Source of the DNA: Escherichia phage vB_EcoM_phAPEC6
Sequence record: MK817115.1
Length of the DNA: 64,000 nucleotides
Direction: 5' to 3' (one strand)
The number at the start of each line of letters is the position of its first letter. The stretch's first letter is position 1. A program made the translations under genes and the position numbers. Shown here piece by piece: positions 1-8,944 of this stretch. The notes under the pieces were generated by a model, which was not told the origin of the DNA, ran no database searches, and saw nothing but the letters and a program-made list of their open reading frames with translations.

Positions 1-714
1 AATTGCTGATTGACCTTCGTACACAAATAATACGTCTGCATCATCATATAGATAATCACCGATGCATAGATTTTGTGGGAGCAAATGCTCAATCAAGCTT
101 TTGGAAATGTAATGATACAAACGACGACCAACTTGTTCGGATTGAATATTAGTATTGGTTAAGTTGCTGTATACTTCCCAAAAATTGATTTCCAAATGGT
201 GTTGACCAATGTGAATCAAATCACTATCACCAATAACAATATCATGGCGATAATCTTGTACCTCGACACCATAACTTAGTGCTTTGATACGCATGTTGAT
301 ATCACGAGTTACCAGTACTGATTCTGTTGCTAAAGCTACCAGAATGATTTTATCATCAGGTACTGTGCTTTTGAGAAGGGTTTGAACTTTCTCTTCTGAA
401 CCTTTAGTACGAATTAGTGCTTCAGCTTCTTCGTTTGTAATAACAAACAATTTGCTATCAGGATTCATATTGGTATGAACATCAGCAATATTAACACCAG
501 TACTACTAATCTCATCATGTGATGCATCTGCAATAATTGCTTCAATGTTACGAATAGCAACACGAGCATCGCGTGAAACATCTACATTACGACTCTTAAT
601 TGAATCCAATTCTTCCAGTACTGTAAATGGTAGAATGATTGCAGCACCATCAAAAGCAATAGATGCATTAGGGTCAGATAGTAGTACGTTTGTGTCAATT
701 GTATATTTTTTCAT
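1..714 (-). CDS. PIN-domain N-terminus of a PhoH-like (YlaK/PhoH2-type) protein; 3' end truncated by window edge
   Basis: Own translation from ATG at 714: MKKYTIDTNVLLSDPNASIAFDGAAIILPFTVLEELD...; frame open to position 1; not in ORF track because truncated. Confidence 0.55.
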   Translation of the reverse strand, partial: MKKYTIDTNVLLSDPNASIAFDGAAIILPFTVLEELDSIKSRNVDVSRDARVAIRNIEAIIADASHDEISSTGVNIADVHTNMNPDSKLFVITNEEAEALIRTKGSEEKVQTLLKSTVPDDKIILVALATESVLVTRDINMRIKALSYGVEVQDYRHDIVIGDSDLIHIGQHHLEINFWEVYSNLTNTNIQSEQVGRRLYHYISKSLIEHLLPQNLCIGDYLYDDADVLFVYEGQSAI

Positions 715-774
715 AAAACATCCTTGAGTTATGAGTACATCCTTGTACTCGACTAATGTTATTGACTCGGATTA

Positions 775-1077
775 TTACATATTTGGTTCGTATTCAACAT
801 AGCAACGTGAACCTCGAACCTTTTCTTCCCAGCACTCCTGGTAAACAAGTTGACCAATTGAAACTGGTTCTCTTGATAGTCCATTACGTACTTCACCATT
901 TTGGGTTTTATACATAAATGAACATTTGGACTCGCTACATTGTCCTAAACTAACAACTTCTGCGGTATTGTAGTGAATGTTGGTACGCTTAGTGTTCTCG
1001 TGATACTGTCCGAACCAAAGAACTCCTGCACCTAACAGAACAGTACAAATAAGACTTTTGATGTGTGTTTGAATCAT
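775..1077 (-). CDS. small membrane-anchored protein (N-terminal hydrophobic segment)
   Basis: ORF track; ATGA overlap with upstream gene stop at 1074. Confidence 0.5.
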   Translation of the reverse strand: MIQTHIKSLICTVLLGAGVLWFGQYHENTKRTNIHYNTAEVVSLGQCSESKCSFMYKTQNGEVRNGLSREPVSIGQLVYQECWEEKVRGSRCYVEYEPNM

Positions 1078-1394
1078 AATGAGTTAAATCCATTGTTTAA
1101 GTATGTTTCAATATTAATTTTACCAACAGGATTACTACTGTGAACAAAGTACTCAAACGGTTCTTTAATATTATTATCAAACATATAATCAATAAGAAAC
1201 TTAGCAAAAGAATATCCAGTCTTTTCGTCTTCGCTCACATCACCCAAGTCATGGTCGAATGATACAAATGCTGGAATTCCATTTTCAATAACATATTCAC
1301 ATGCACTTTTAAAGTCACGACATACCACCATATCTTGGTTTGGATAATATAGATTTGCATCACGAATATCATCCAAAAACATTGAGTAAGACAT
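1074..1394 (-). CDS. hypothetical protein, possible receiver (REC)-like domain
   Basis: MFLDDIRD...VSFDHDLG...VHSSNPVG pattern resembles receiver-like domains seen with RNA-repair genes; weak by-eye call. Confidence 0.3.
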   Translation of the reverse strand: MSYSMFLDDIRDANLYYPNQDMVVCRDFKSACEYVIENGIPAFVSFDHDLGDVSEDEKTGYSFAKFLIDYMFDNNIKEPFEYFVHSSNPVGKINIETYLNNGFNSL

Positions 1395-1403
1395 GTTAAA
1401 CTC

Positions 1404-1955
1404 CTATAGATAACTAATTAGTAAGTTTTCTTTTTGAACCAGATACTCCAATTCTTGTCTTGCTGTACCGATGAAGTTCTGTGTCATAAGATTATTATAT
1501 CCCGCTTCTCGATTTTGTCCCTTAGAATAACGAGAAATATGACATAAATTTACACCAGCAACTTCTGCACTTGCATGTTTAGCATTAGTGTATCCATCTC
1601 TAATGTGTTTCAACTCGTCATAGGTTACTTCATAGCTAAAACTGTGACTGTTTGCACCTGGGTAAATTTCAAAAGTTTTGAGTGGTCGAAGATGGGAAAC
1701 AAAAATATTGTAATCCATTTCTTCTTGAACTTCACGACGCAACGCATCTTCTAGTGAGATATCAGTACTTTCTACGGTTCCACCACATCCACCAAGAAGA
1801 CCATCCCATCGTAATTGCAGTAATACTAAATTTACTTCTGGTATATCATTCAACTCATAGTTTTTGTAAGGGTTGCATTTTCTTGCAAAGAAATAACAAA
1901 ATACAAAATTTGCACGTGTGCCATATTCACCAAAGGGAACTTCTTTAACACTCAT
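1404..1955 (-). CDS. Nudix hydrolase
   Basis: Nudix box GGCGGTVESTDISLEDALRREVQEEMD (Gx5Ex7REUxEExGU pattern); ATGA overlap with Sir2 stop. Confidence 0.6.
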   Translation of the reverse strand: MSVKEVPFGEYGTRANFVFCYFFARKCNPYKNYELNDIPEVNLVLLQLRWDGLLGGCGGTVESTDISLEDALRREVQEEMDYNIFVSHLRPLKTFEIYPGANSHSFSYEVTYDELKHIRDGYTNAKHASAEVAGVNLCHISRYSKGQNREAGYNNLMTQNFIGTARQELEYLVQKENLLISYL

Positions 1956-2710
1956 TTCATACGTTCCTTAATTATAGTCTCTAGATGCGGTATTGCTTTG
2001 GTTGCTGGCTTGATAACTTTTTCATTAAACAAAAAATCATTATCATTTTTACGAATGTTAACATTAACACTATAACATGGTAATGCTGCTGCTAATCTCG
2101 ACCATACCAGTACTGTATCGCTACTACCAATTACAATAACTGTATCATTTTCATTAAGAGATTTCAACACATTATTTCGTTCTTCGTAAATTGGTAAGCG
2201 AATACCATCAACATAACGATGATATTCTCCAATCATTACTACATTTGGTTTAGCAAAAACATCATGTTTTGGTATGTATGGTTCGTATCCGCAGTTAATA
2301 ACATTATAATCATCGGAATTGATACTATAATTTTCAATAACTTCGCACAAGTTTCCATGAAGTTTAAGCTCATGACCACCAATACGAGTATAAAGATCGT
2401 CCATGTTAGAAGTCATATGAAGGAAGCAATCACCATATTGATCTTCTAACGATTTTATAAAATAATGCATTGCATTCGGTTCGCATTGTCCCAATTTTAC
2501 ACGTAATGTATTATAGAAAGAATGAACAACATGATATTTTGTAGTTAAACTAGCAATGTTACATACATCATTAATTTTAAATGTATCCCACAAACCATCA
2601 TCAAATCGAAAAGGTTCCATACCACTTTCAACAGAAAGTCCTGCACCTGATATAATCAGTAATCGCTTTTTACCTTCATTGCTTATAAATTTTTCTGATA
2701 TCATATTCAA
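1952..2710 (-). CDS. Sir2-family protein (NAD-dependent deacylase / NADase-like)
   Basis: ISGAGLSVESGMEPFRFDDGLWD matches sirtuin GAGIS..SGIPTFR motif; LHGNLCE matches catalytic HG region. Confidence 0.6.
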   Translation of the reverse strand: MNMISEKFISNEGKKRLLIISGAGLSVESGMEPFRFDDGLWDTFKINDVCNIASLTTKYHVVHSFYNTLRVKLGQCEPNAMHYFIKSLEDQYGDCFLHMTSNMDDLYTRIGGHELKLHGNLCEVIENYSINSDDYNVINCGYEPYIPKHDVFAKPNVVMIGEYHRYVDGIRLPIYEERNNVLKSLNENDTVIVIGSSDTVLVWSRLAAALPCYSVNVNIRKNDNDFLFNEKVIKPATKAIPHLETIIKERMK

Positions 2711-2907
2711 TCCTTATAAAAAACAATTAAATATATTGATAATAACAGAATGATTCCAATATGATAGGCATACATAAAATTATTATCTTTGTGATAACCA
2801 TTGGATTTCAAGTCCCTATATAAGCATTTAGCATTGTTATAAATTACAACAATAGAAAAAACTATAAAAAAACTCAAAACCCATTCATAAATTGTGTATG
2901 CCATCAT
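2707..2907 (-). CDS. small membrane protein
   Basis: Two hydrophobic segments; overlaps upstream stop. Confidence 0.45.
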   Translation of the reverse strand: MMAYTIYEWVLSFFIVFSIVVIYNNAKCLYRDLKSNGYHKDNNFMYAYHIGIILLLSIYLIVFYKD

Positions 2908-2934
2908 CTATTCTCTCTTATAATATTAGTACTT

Positions 2935-3528
2935 TTAATATTTTAAAACATCAAACTCTTCGCTTACGCTTGTTACATTATCACTAACAATTTTAAAAAT
3001 TGATTTGATACGTTCGTGTAGTGGTTTTTTAGATTCGTTCTCAACTTCAATATATGCTTGCATTGCTGCAATTGCATGATATGTCCCACTACCTACTGCG
3101 GTAATTCTTGTTTTAGGTTGTAGTACTGAAAAGTCTTCTTGAACTTCATAGATTGTATGATTGTGGAGAATGATAAATTGTCCACCTCCTACATCTTGTG
3201 ATGCATCTCGTGCACCCCATTCTTCTTTAAACATTTGACGAATAATTGGAATAACTTTAAGAACCAAATATTGTGAAAATGTTTGACTAGCATCTTGTTC
3301 AGGTAAATTAAGGTTATAATTTAACAACTGACCCATACGAAATGATGTAGTATAACCCAATGCCATTACTTCTTTAGTTCTAGTTAGTCCATCATCATGT
3401 AACTTGATAAATTCTTTCTCGAATACCTTTGGCTCAGTTTGAACAGTTTTTGTAAATCCATTGCTTCCTAACTTATCCCCAGCAATAAAAGAACTTACTC
3501 CGTCAGTGTGTGCAATAATACAGGTCAT
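2935..3528 (-). CDS. HslV/proteasome-beta-like Ntn-hydrolase peptidase
   Basis: After Met, TCIIAHTDGVSSFIAGD (N-terminal Thr nucleophile) and AVGSGTYHAIAAMQAY vs HslV AIGSGGPYAQAAARA; start set at ATG 3528 (track start 3597 is over-extended); ATGA overlap with 3525..3785. Confidence 0.6.
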   Translation of the reverse strand: MTCIIAHTDGVSSFIAGDKLGSNGFTKTVQTEPKVFEKEFIKLHDDGLTRTKEVMALGYTTSFRMGQLLNYNLNLPEQDASQTFSQYLVLKVIPIIRQMFKEEWGARDASQDVGGGQFIILHNHTIYEVQEDFSVLQPKTRITAVGSGTYHAIAAMQAYIEVENESKKPLHERIKSIFKIVSDNVTSVSEEFDVLKY

Positions 3529-3785
3529 AAAATAGCTCCAATTGCAAATAATGTTGTGTATAAGATATAAATTAGTGCTCCTAACAACATTAGGCACACC
3601 AAGTATGAAGTTGATAGTACATAATAAATTATTGCTTCGAATTTTGAATTGAACTTCATTGTAGTTGAATCAATAAAGCCATTACGATAATCTTTGTAAA
3701 TGAAAACTGTTAGAAAAATAACTGTAGCATACATTACTACAGTAGCATAAAAAATAATAGATGTCAAGTTTTGGATGTTTGTCAT
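3525..3785 (-). CDS. small integral membrane protein
   Basis: Hydrophobic throughout; ORF track. Confidence 0.5.
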   Translation of the reverse strand: MTNIQNLTSIIFYATVVMYATVIFLTVFIYKDYRNGFIDSTTMKFNSKFEAIIYYVLSTSYLVCLMLLGALIYILYTTLFAIGAIL

Positions 3786-3855
3786 AGTTATATAATCTCA
3801 ATATAATTAATAACAAAGGAAGTACATCATAATCATCCTGTTATTTTAATTATTT

Positions 3856-4464
3856 TTATTGTTTGACTGAACCGTAAAAAACCAGTTCTGGTTTTGTTAA
3901 TATTACAACATCTTCACCACGAGAACGACTAACTCTAAATAGAACTTCTGGTGGGATTCCATTTGCTGCATATAGTGAAAAAAGGAAACCTACCTTTGTT
4001 GCCATTTCTTCGGTAAAAGTTGATAACTGTCTTACAGACACAAATGAATTATCACCATCAGTAACATTACTTTTAATCGAAATGTTATGAAGACCCAGTA
4101 CTGAGCGATTTGTCATATATCGCTTTTCGGGAGATACACTAAAGAATACCACAGTACATGCTGAATTGCAATACCTAGAAACAATTAAATTTATCCCATT
4201 GTCTCTAACAAAGTTTGCCATTCGAATACCTGCATCAAAATCACCACCAGGAGATGTAATTGTGATGGTATCATAGTGTTCTTTATCATACAACTCTATC
4301 ATACGCTTGAGTGACCCATCTGTAATATCTGATATGAAATATACATTTCGGGTTTCAGGATTATACTTTATCACATTTTTACTTTCAATACCAGCACTGG
4401 CTGGAAAATTTATTAACAATAGAAACATTGCTGCTTGTATCACTTCAAGCCATAGTCTTTTCAT
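3856..4464 (-). CDS. secreted Clp-protease-fold (S14/S49-like) protein
   Basis: Signal-peptide-like MKRLWLEVIQAAMFLLLINFPASAG; TSPGGDFDAGIRMANFV...CNSACTVVFF resembles ClpP SPGG/AASMG region; track start 4479 is a TTG, ATG at 4464 has a GAGGA RBS. Confidence 0.45.
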   Translation of the reverse strand: MKRLWLEVIQAAMFLLLINFPASAGIESKNVIKYNPETRNVYFISDITDGSLKRMIELYDKEHYDTITITSPGGDFDAGIRMANFVRDNGINLIVSRYCNSACTVVFFSVSPEKRYMTNRSVLGLHNISIKSNVTDGDNSFVSVRQLSTFTEEMATKVGFLFSLYAANGIPPEVLFRVSRSRGEDVVILTKPELVFYGSVKQ

Positions 4465-4499
4465 ATAACAAGTCCTCAATTTTGTTTAGGAAGATATAA

Positions 4500-4528
4500 A
4501 TAATATAGTACTTAAACACTTAAGTCAA
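4500..4528 (-). promoter_or_regulatory. sigma70-like promoter (-35 TTGACT, 17-nt spacer, -10 TATTAT) upstream of 3856..4464
   Basis: Minus-strand reading of 4500-4528. Confidence 0.35.
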
Positions 4529-4689
4529 ACTTTTTCTGTACTTAACTCAAATTTTTAAAAATAAAACTTAAGGTGTACAGTTTATAACAGATCATATCAT
4601 ACCACTGATGTTTTGTCAACTAGTTCATGGTGCATCTGATGTAAAAAACAAATATATTTCATACTTATATTTAAAAAAGGAAATAAAAT

Positions 4690-5067
4690 ATGAAAGCTAT
4701 CGCAGCACAAGGTAAACTACCATTCAATATCGGCGGGTTTTGTGTAACCGCAGCTAATATAAACGGTGAATTGAAATATAACTTGAACATCTTTAATCAA
4801 CGTTCTAGTTGTGTTTACGATCTCATTGATACTGATTTTAATGTTTATCGTTTTGTAACTATCACTAGTTATGATAAAGATAAAATTAGATTAGATGCAT
4901 CTAAAACAGCATTGGAAATTGCACCAACTCTAGCCAAAAATACTTTTTGTATTAAGATTGACGATAGTGCATTTGCTGAATCATTCCAGTTTCATAAAAT
5001 TAAATTGAGTACTGGGGCGATGAAATATCACCCTTGGGATTTGTATTATTGCAACCTCCCAGGTTAA
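4690..5067 (+). CDS. hypothetical protein (only convincing plus-strand gene)
   Basis: Strong RBS AAAAAAGGAAATAAAAT-ATG; ends at bidirectional terminator. Confidence 0.6.
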   Translation: MKAIAAQGKLPFNIGGFCVTAANINGELKYNLNIFNQRSSCVYDLIDTDFNVYRFVTITSYDKDKIRLDASKTALEIAPTLAKNTFCIKIDDSAFAESFQFHKIKLSTGAMKYHPWDLYYCNLPG

Positions 5068-5097
5068 CAAAAAAGGAGCCTTGTGGCTCCTTTTTTT
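5068..5097. terminator. bidirectional rho-independent terminator between convergent genes
   Basis: AAAAAAGGAGCC-TTGT-GGCTCCTTTTTTT: GC stem flanked by A-run and T-run. Confidence 0.7.
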
Positions 5098-5353
5098 ATT
5101 CTACAGTATTAAGCTTCTGACAAATCATATCAGCTTCTACTCGGTCTTTATAATAAATGGTAAATCCAAATCTACTTGTTACCCTTTTCTCACTACGGTG
5201 TATACAGTTTACAATATAGTACTTATTATTTTGTGCAGAAAAACGAACTTCATAATTTCGAAAAGAAGTATTAGGTTCATCCATAGCAACTATATATAAC
5301 ATAAAAATAAAAAACACTGTTATTAGAAAAGCAATAATAATTATTACTGTCAT
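5096..5353 (-). CDS. small membrane-anchored protein
   Basis: N-terminal TM helix MTVIIIIAFLITVFFIFMLYIVA. Confidence 0.5.
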   Translation of the reverse strand: MTVIIIIAFLITVFFIFMLYIVAMDEPNTSFRNYEVRFSAQNNKYYIVNCIHRSEKRVTSRFGFTIYYKDRVEADMICQKLNTVE

Positions 5354-5829
5354 TTATCAAGACCCTTATCATAAATGCAATTAACAATAATTCCAGCATC
5401 TTCCAGTACTTTAATAGCTTCTGGTGGTGTACGAGGATAATTTTTGAGATAAATTACACGTGAAATCCCACTACCTGCGATCAACTTAGAACAAGTATAA
5501 CATGGTTGTAGTGTTGTGTAAAGAGTAGCACCTTGACGTTCAGTAGGAGAACTATAGAGTAAAGCGTTCATTTCAGCATGGATTTCATGAATATTACTCC
5601 ACTCATGATGTTCATGCTTTGCTTCATCACTAACCCAGTCTTGAAAACGTCCATCATTGACTAAGTGTTGATTCACATCACAACAATTTGGTTGTTTTGA
5701 TGGAGTACCATTGTATCCAGTACTCAATACTCGGTTATTTTTAACAATAACACAACCAACTTTTTGTGAAATACATTTACTTTCCTCAGCAACTACTTCT
5801 GCTATCTTCAACCAAGTCGTATGTTTCAT
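5350..5829 (-). CDS. cd: dCMP deaminase
   Basis: HAEMNAL and PCYTCSKLI zinc motifs; N-terminus MKHTTWLKIAEVVAEESKC aligns with T4 Cd MKASTVLQIAYLVSQESKC; track start 5841 probably 4 codons too long. Confidence 0.85.
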   Translation of the reverse strand: MKHTTWLKIAEVVAEESKCISQKVGCVIVKNNRVLSTGYNGTPSKQPNCCDVNQHLVNDGRFQDWVSDEAKHEHHEWSNIHEIHAEMNALLYSSPTERQGATLYTTLQPCYTCSKLIAGSGISRVIYLKNYPRTPPEAIKVLEDAGIIVNCIYDKGLDK

Positions 5830-6310
5830 TATAAGCTCCAATACTTAACAATGCGTTTTTACACAAATCATGAATTTTCATAACTCGAATATAGTTTAAC
5901 ACATCTGTTTCATTAATTTCAAATGGTTTATCTGCATATGTGGACCACGTTTGATTTAATTCAATAACAAATGTAATTTTATCTGTATCCATAATATTAT
6001 CACAAAATCTACGAAAATCTTGCTCTTCATCGGAAAGTCTGAAATTTAAATCATTTTTTAAACCATTAACTGTGAAGCAAATACCAGTACTGTAACCGAT
6101 GCAAATATCTTCAATATCATATAATCCATAAATTAATTTAGAGATAAACGTGCTATATTTGTTTCTATGATAATAGTTTAATATTTCTTGTTTAATATTA
6201 ATTTCAATATCAGTAGTTTTTTGTAATGTAAGTTTAATTAATTCTAATGTCTTGATTATGTTATCTAACCAGATATTAGTATCATCTATACTTAGGTGTG
6301 TGTATTTCAT
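5786..6310 (-). CDS. hypothetical protein
   Basis: ORF track; tight packing. Confidence 0.45.
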   Translation of the reverse strand: MKYTHLSIDDTNIWLDNIIKTLELIKLTLQKTTDIEINIKQEILNYYHRNKYSTFISKLIYGLYDIEDICIGYSTGICFTVNGLKNDLNFRLSDEEQDFRRFCDNIMDTDKITFVIELNQTWSTYADKPFEINETDVLNYIRVMKIHDLCKNALLSIGAYNETYDLVEDSRSSC

Positions 6311-6836
6311 TATGTCCCTCTAGATTCCAATCATCAACGAGTTTAGAACAAACTTCCATATGATTATAGTACTTTTCATCCAATACATACGGTTTATTAT
6401 GATATTGTCGTACATCAGTGAATATATCATAATTTCTATATATGAATGACATATTTTTATGCATTAATTCTATAGTTTTCCAAATTTTCTCAATATCATA
6501 TAGAATTGTTTCTAATGACAAACCTGTTAACTTGGAAATTCTTTCAACTTTAAACCCTGATAACATCATAGTACTGTTGTGTTTAGTTAAGTAACTATAT
6601 CCAATAGAACTATGTATTAACTCAATACTATCAGTGTATGTGATTGTTTTTAGAAATGATTTTATATTTCTATTAAACCAATACCACTTTTTGTTTTTAT
6701 TATAACAACTATACCATTTCTTCAATATATCAATTGCTTCAGAATTAATTTTTAAAGCAAATTCATCAATTAAAAACATATGATGGTAAAAAATATCACT
6801 TTGTTCTTCAGTTAAATTATATTGCTGCATATTCAC
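6282..6836 (-). CDS. hypothetical protein
   Basis: ORF track. Confidence 0.45.
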   Translation of the reverse strand: MNMQQYNLTEEQSDIFYHHMFLIDEFALKINSEAIDILKKWYSCYNKNKKWYWFNRNIKSFLKTITYTDSIELIHSSIGYSYLTKHNSTMMLSGFKVERISKLTGLSLETILYDIEKIWKTIELMHKNMSFIYRNYDIFTDVRQYHNKPYVLDEKYYNHMEVCSKLVDDWNLEGHNEIHTPKYR

Positions 6837-6915
6837 CTACCCTAGTAACAATGATTCCTTGGGTATTTAGCTCATATAGATCAAAATATGATCAATGGAA
6901 AATTGATATACAGCA

Positions 6916-6946
6916 ATAAAAATAGGAATCCCATGATAGGATTCCT
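6916..6946 (-). terminator. rho-independent terminator downstream of 6957..7403
   Basis: AGGAATC-CCATGATAG-GATTCCT hairpin followed by T-run on minus strand. Confidence 0.5.
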
Positions 6947-6956
6947 TTTCACAATA

Positions 6957-7403
6957 TTATTTTTGATATGGGGTGTACTGATATTTTTCACAATCAGCGA
7001 CAGTTAGAACACCTTCATCATAACCATATTGAAGTACAAGGTCAAATGCTTTATCAACCATAGCAACAACATCTTTATAACGAACAATCTTATGAGATTG
7101 ATTCTCAACTGCTTTCATAATCCCCATTAGCAACCAGCGACCTTCATCGGTGTGTAATTTAGCAAAGCGTGGACGCTTTGTCGCTGCCATAATATCAGTC
7201 CATTCAGCTTTAAAAATGTGTGGACGTTTTGGAATATCATATAGTGTAGTAGGGAAAGTTACATTATTTTTCTTCATTGCTTCTGCTTGTGCTGCACGAT
7301 AGCCCTGACGATATAATGGATGCTGCATTTTTAGCTGTTCAGCACTTAGAACTACTTTTGCTTTGTATGCGTCATAACCATCTTTATATTGTGCATTGGA
7401 CAT
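6957..7403 (-). CDS. hypothetical protein
   Basis: ORF track. Confidence 0.5.
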   Translation of the reverse strand: MSNAQYKDGYDAYKAKVVLSAEQLKMQHPLYRQGYRAAQAEAMKKNNVTFPTTLYDIPKRPHIFKAEWTDIMAATKRPRFAKLHTDEGRWLLMGIMKAVENQSHKIVRYKDVVAMVDKAFDLVLQYGYDEGVLTVADCEKYQYTPYQK

Positions 7404-7404
7404 A

Positions 7405-7722
7405 TTATTCTTTTACCTCATCAGTTTGAATGTATTTTTTGTCAGAGAATGTACCGTGTTCTTTACGCACAGCTTCTGCATGTTGAACCGCATCAACTGG
7501 ATTAATGTTCTTTTTAATTAGTACTTCCTTCATTAATTCAAGTACAATTGCAAAACCATTCAGCACACGCTCAGATTCATCTACATTTTTTAATTCAAGT
7601 GCTACTGCACTAATTTGATCGAACGCAACATTAATAAAATCGGAATCTTCTAATACATTTGCAACTTCAGTATTATTACGCACTAGTACTTTCATATAAT
7701 CTCCACAAAGATGATGCCCCAT
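7405..7722 (-). CDS. hypothetical protein
   Basis: ORF track; directly upstream of clpP in transcription order. Confidence 0.5.
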   Translation of the reverse strand: MGHHLCGDYMKVLVRNNTEVANVLEDSDFINVAFDQISAVALELKNVDESERVLNGFAIVLELMKEVLIKKNINPVDAVQHAEAVRKEHGTFSDKKYIQTDEVKE

Positions 7723-7743
7723 ATTGAGGCATCAAAATCTATC

Positions 7744-8439
7744 TTACACCCACTCTTCCACGCCACCGCGACGCTTAACTAAGTACTTGCCTTCTTCGTT
7801 ACGTGGTCCAAGAATAATACCATCAATGAAACCATGTTCACCATATTCAAGAGCTTCTTCTGCATTTAACCACAAATCACGGTCAGCATCTTTAAGTAGT
7901 TGTTCGTGTGTTACACCAACTGCTTCTGCAATTTCTTTAGTCAATAGAGTGTTTAGGGCATCAGAATGTTTAAGTGAAATCTTCTGGTCAGTAATTAGAC
8001 CTTGTGTACCAGAACTTACTTGGTGACACATGAAATAAGAACGCTTACCACCTAAACGGAAACCTTTAGTACCAATTACAGATTGTGTATAGCAACCCAT
8101 TGATGCTGCATAGCCCATTACTACAGTGCGAATTGGAGAAATACAAGACTTAGCAACATCTGCAATACCCAAACCTGCGTGTACTGAACCACCCGGTGAA
8201 CTAATGTAGAATGTAATAGGGGAATCACCTTGTGAGTCTAACCATACCAATTGTTGTTTGATGATATGTGCCATTTGATCATTGAAATCAGTATCAAGGA
8301 AAATGATACGGTCTTGCATCATACGAGATGCTAGATCATATGTACGTTCTGAACCATTAACTTTCTCAACTACGTAAGGAATAGAAATGTTACGTACTTC
8401 GCCATTAGCATAACCACCAAACATGAATTGTTCAACCAT
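7744..8439 (-). CDS. clpP: ATP-dependent Clp protease proteolytic subunit ClpP
   Basis: YISSPGGSVHAG, MGYAASMG (Ser), MCHQV (His), DRDLWLNAEEALEYG (Asp) align with E. coli ClpP INSPGG / GQAASMG / MIHQP / DRDRFLSAPEAVEYG. Confidence 0.9.
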   Translation of the reverse strand: MVEQFMFGGYANGEVRNISIPYVVEKVNGSERTYDLASRMMQDRIIFLDTDFNDQMAHIIKQQLVWLDSQGDSPITFYISSPGGSVHAGLGIADVAKSCISPIRTVVMGYAASMGCYTQSVIGTKGFRLGGKRSYFMCHQVSSGTQGLITDQKISLKHSDALNTLLTKEIAEAVGVTHEQLLKDADRDLWLNAEEALEYGEHGFIDGIILGPRNEEGKYLVKRRGGVEEWV

Positions 8440-8473
8440 TATTAATTTCCTCTATTATTTCGTTGTTGTGAGT

Positions 8474-8502
8474 ATTATATCACTAAGATTTAAAATGTCC
8501 AA
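8474..8502 (-). promoter_or_regulatory. sigma70-like promoter for clpP (-35 TTGGAC, 17-nt spacer, -10 TATAAT)
   Basis: Minus-strand reading; -10 at 8474-8479, -35 at 8497-8502, RBS GAGGAAA before ATG 8439. Confidence 0.45.
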
Positions 8503-8503
8503 A

Positions 8504-8944
8504 CTATTTTACTGGAATATTTGAAAAGAAATCAGTCATCCAATACGCCGTCTCTTTGTTGAATAATACTGGATCAAACTTAAGTAACTCAACATGACTT
8601 GTATCATACACGCTTGTATCGGTAATGTCAAACAAAGTTTTAGTACTGAATAGTGGATTACTCACTAGAAAGTAGTAATCAGCAGTAGTGCTAATGTCAT
8701 CATAAAACACACCGTCATACCATCCATCATCATATACATAAACAGAATCGTCATGAAGATAGTAAACTTCTATATGTAAACTCAAGTTCTTCATGGTTTC
8801 AATCATTTTTGCCGTATGAGGATTTAACTTATTGACATTTTCAAACACATAAGAGTGTTTTTTATTCATATCAACAAATGAAAATATTCGTACTGAACGT
8901 ATATTCATATTACTCCAAATAAACAAGTGAATTAATGAAATCAT
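8504..8944 (-). CDS. hypothetical protein
   Basis: ORF track. Confidence 0.45.
   Translation of the reverse strand: MISLIHLFIWSNMNIRSVRIFSFVDMNKKHSYVFENVNKLNPHTAKMIETMKNLSLHIEVYYLHDDSVYVYDDGWYDGVFYDDISTTADYYFLVSNPLFSTKTLFDITDTSVYDTSHVELLKFDPVLFNKETAYWMTDFFSNIPVK

Noticed and set aside
715-774. Hairpin GAGTACA-AGGA-TGTACTC upstream of the PhoH-like start as a terminator
   Set aside because: It is not followed by a T-run on the minus strand; more likely a leader structure near the RBS.
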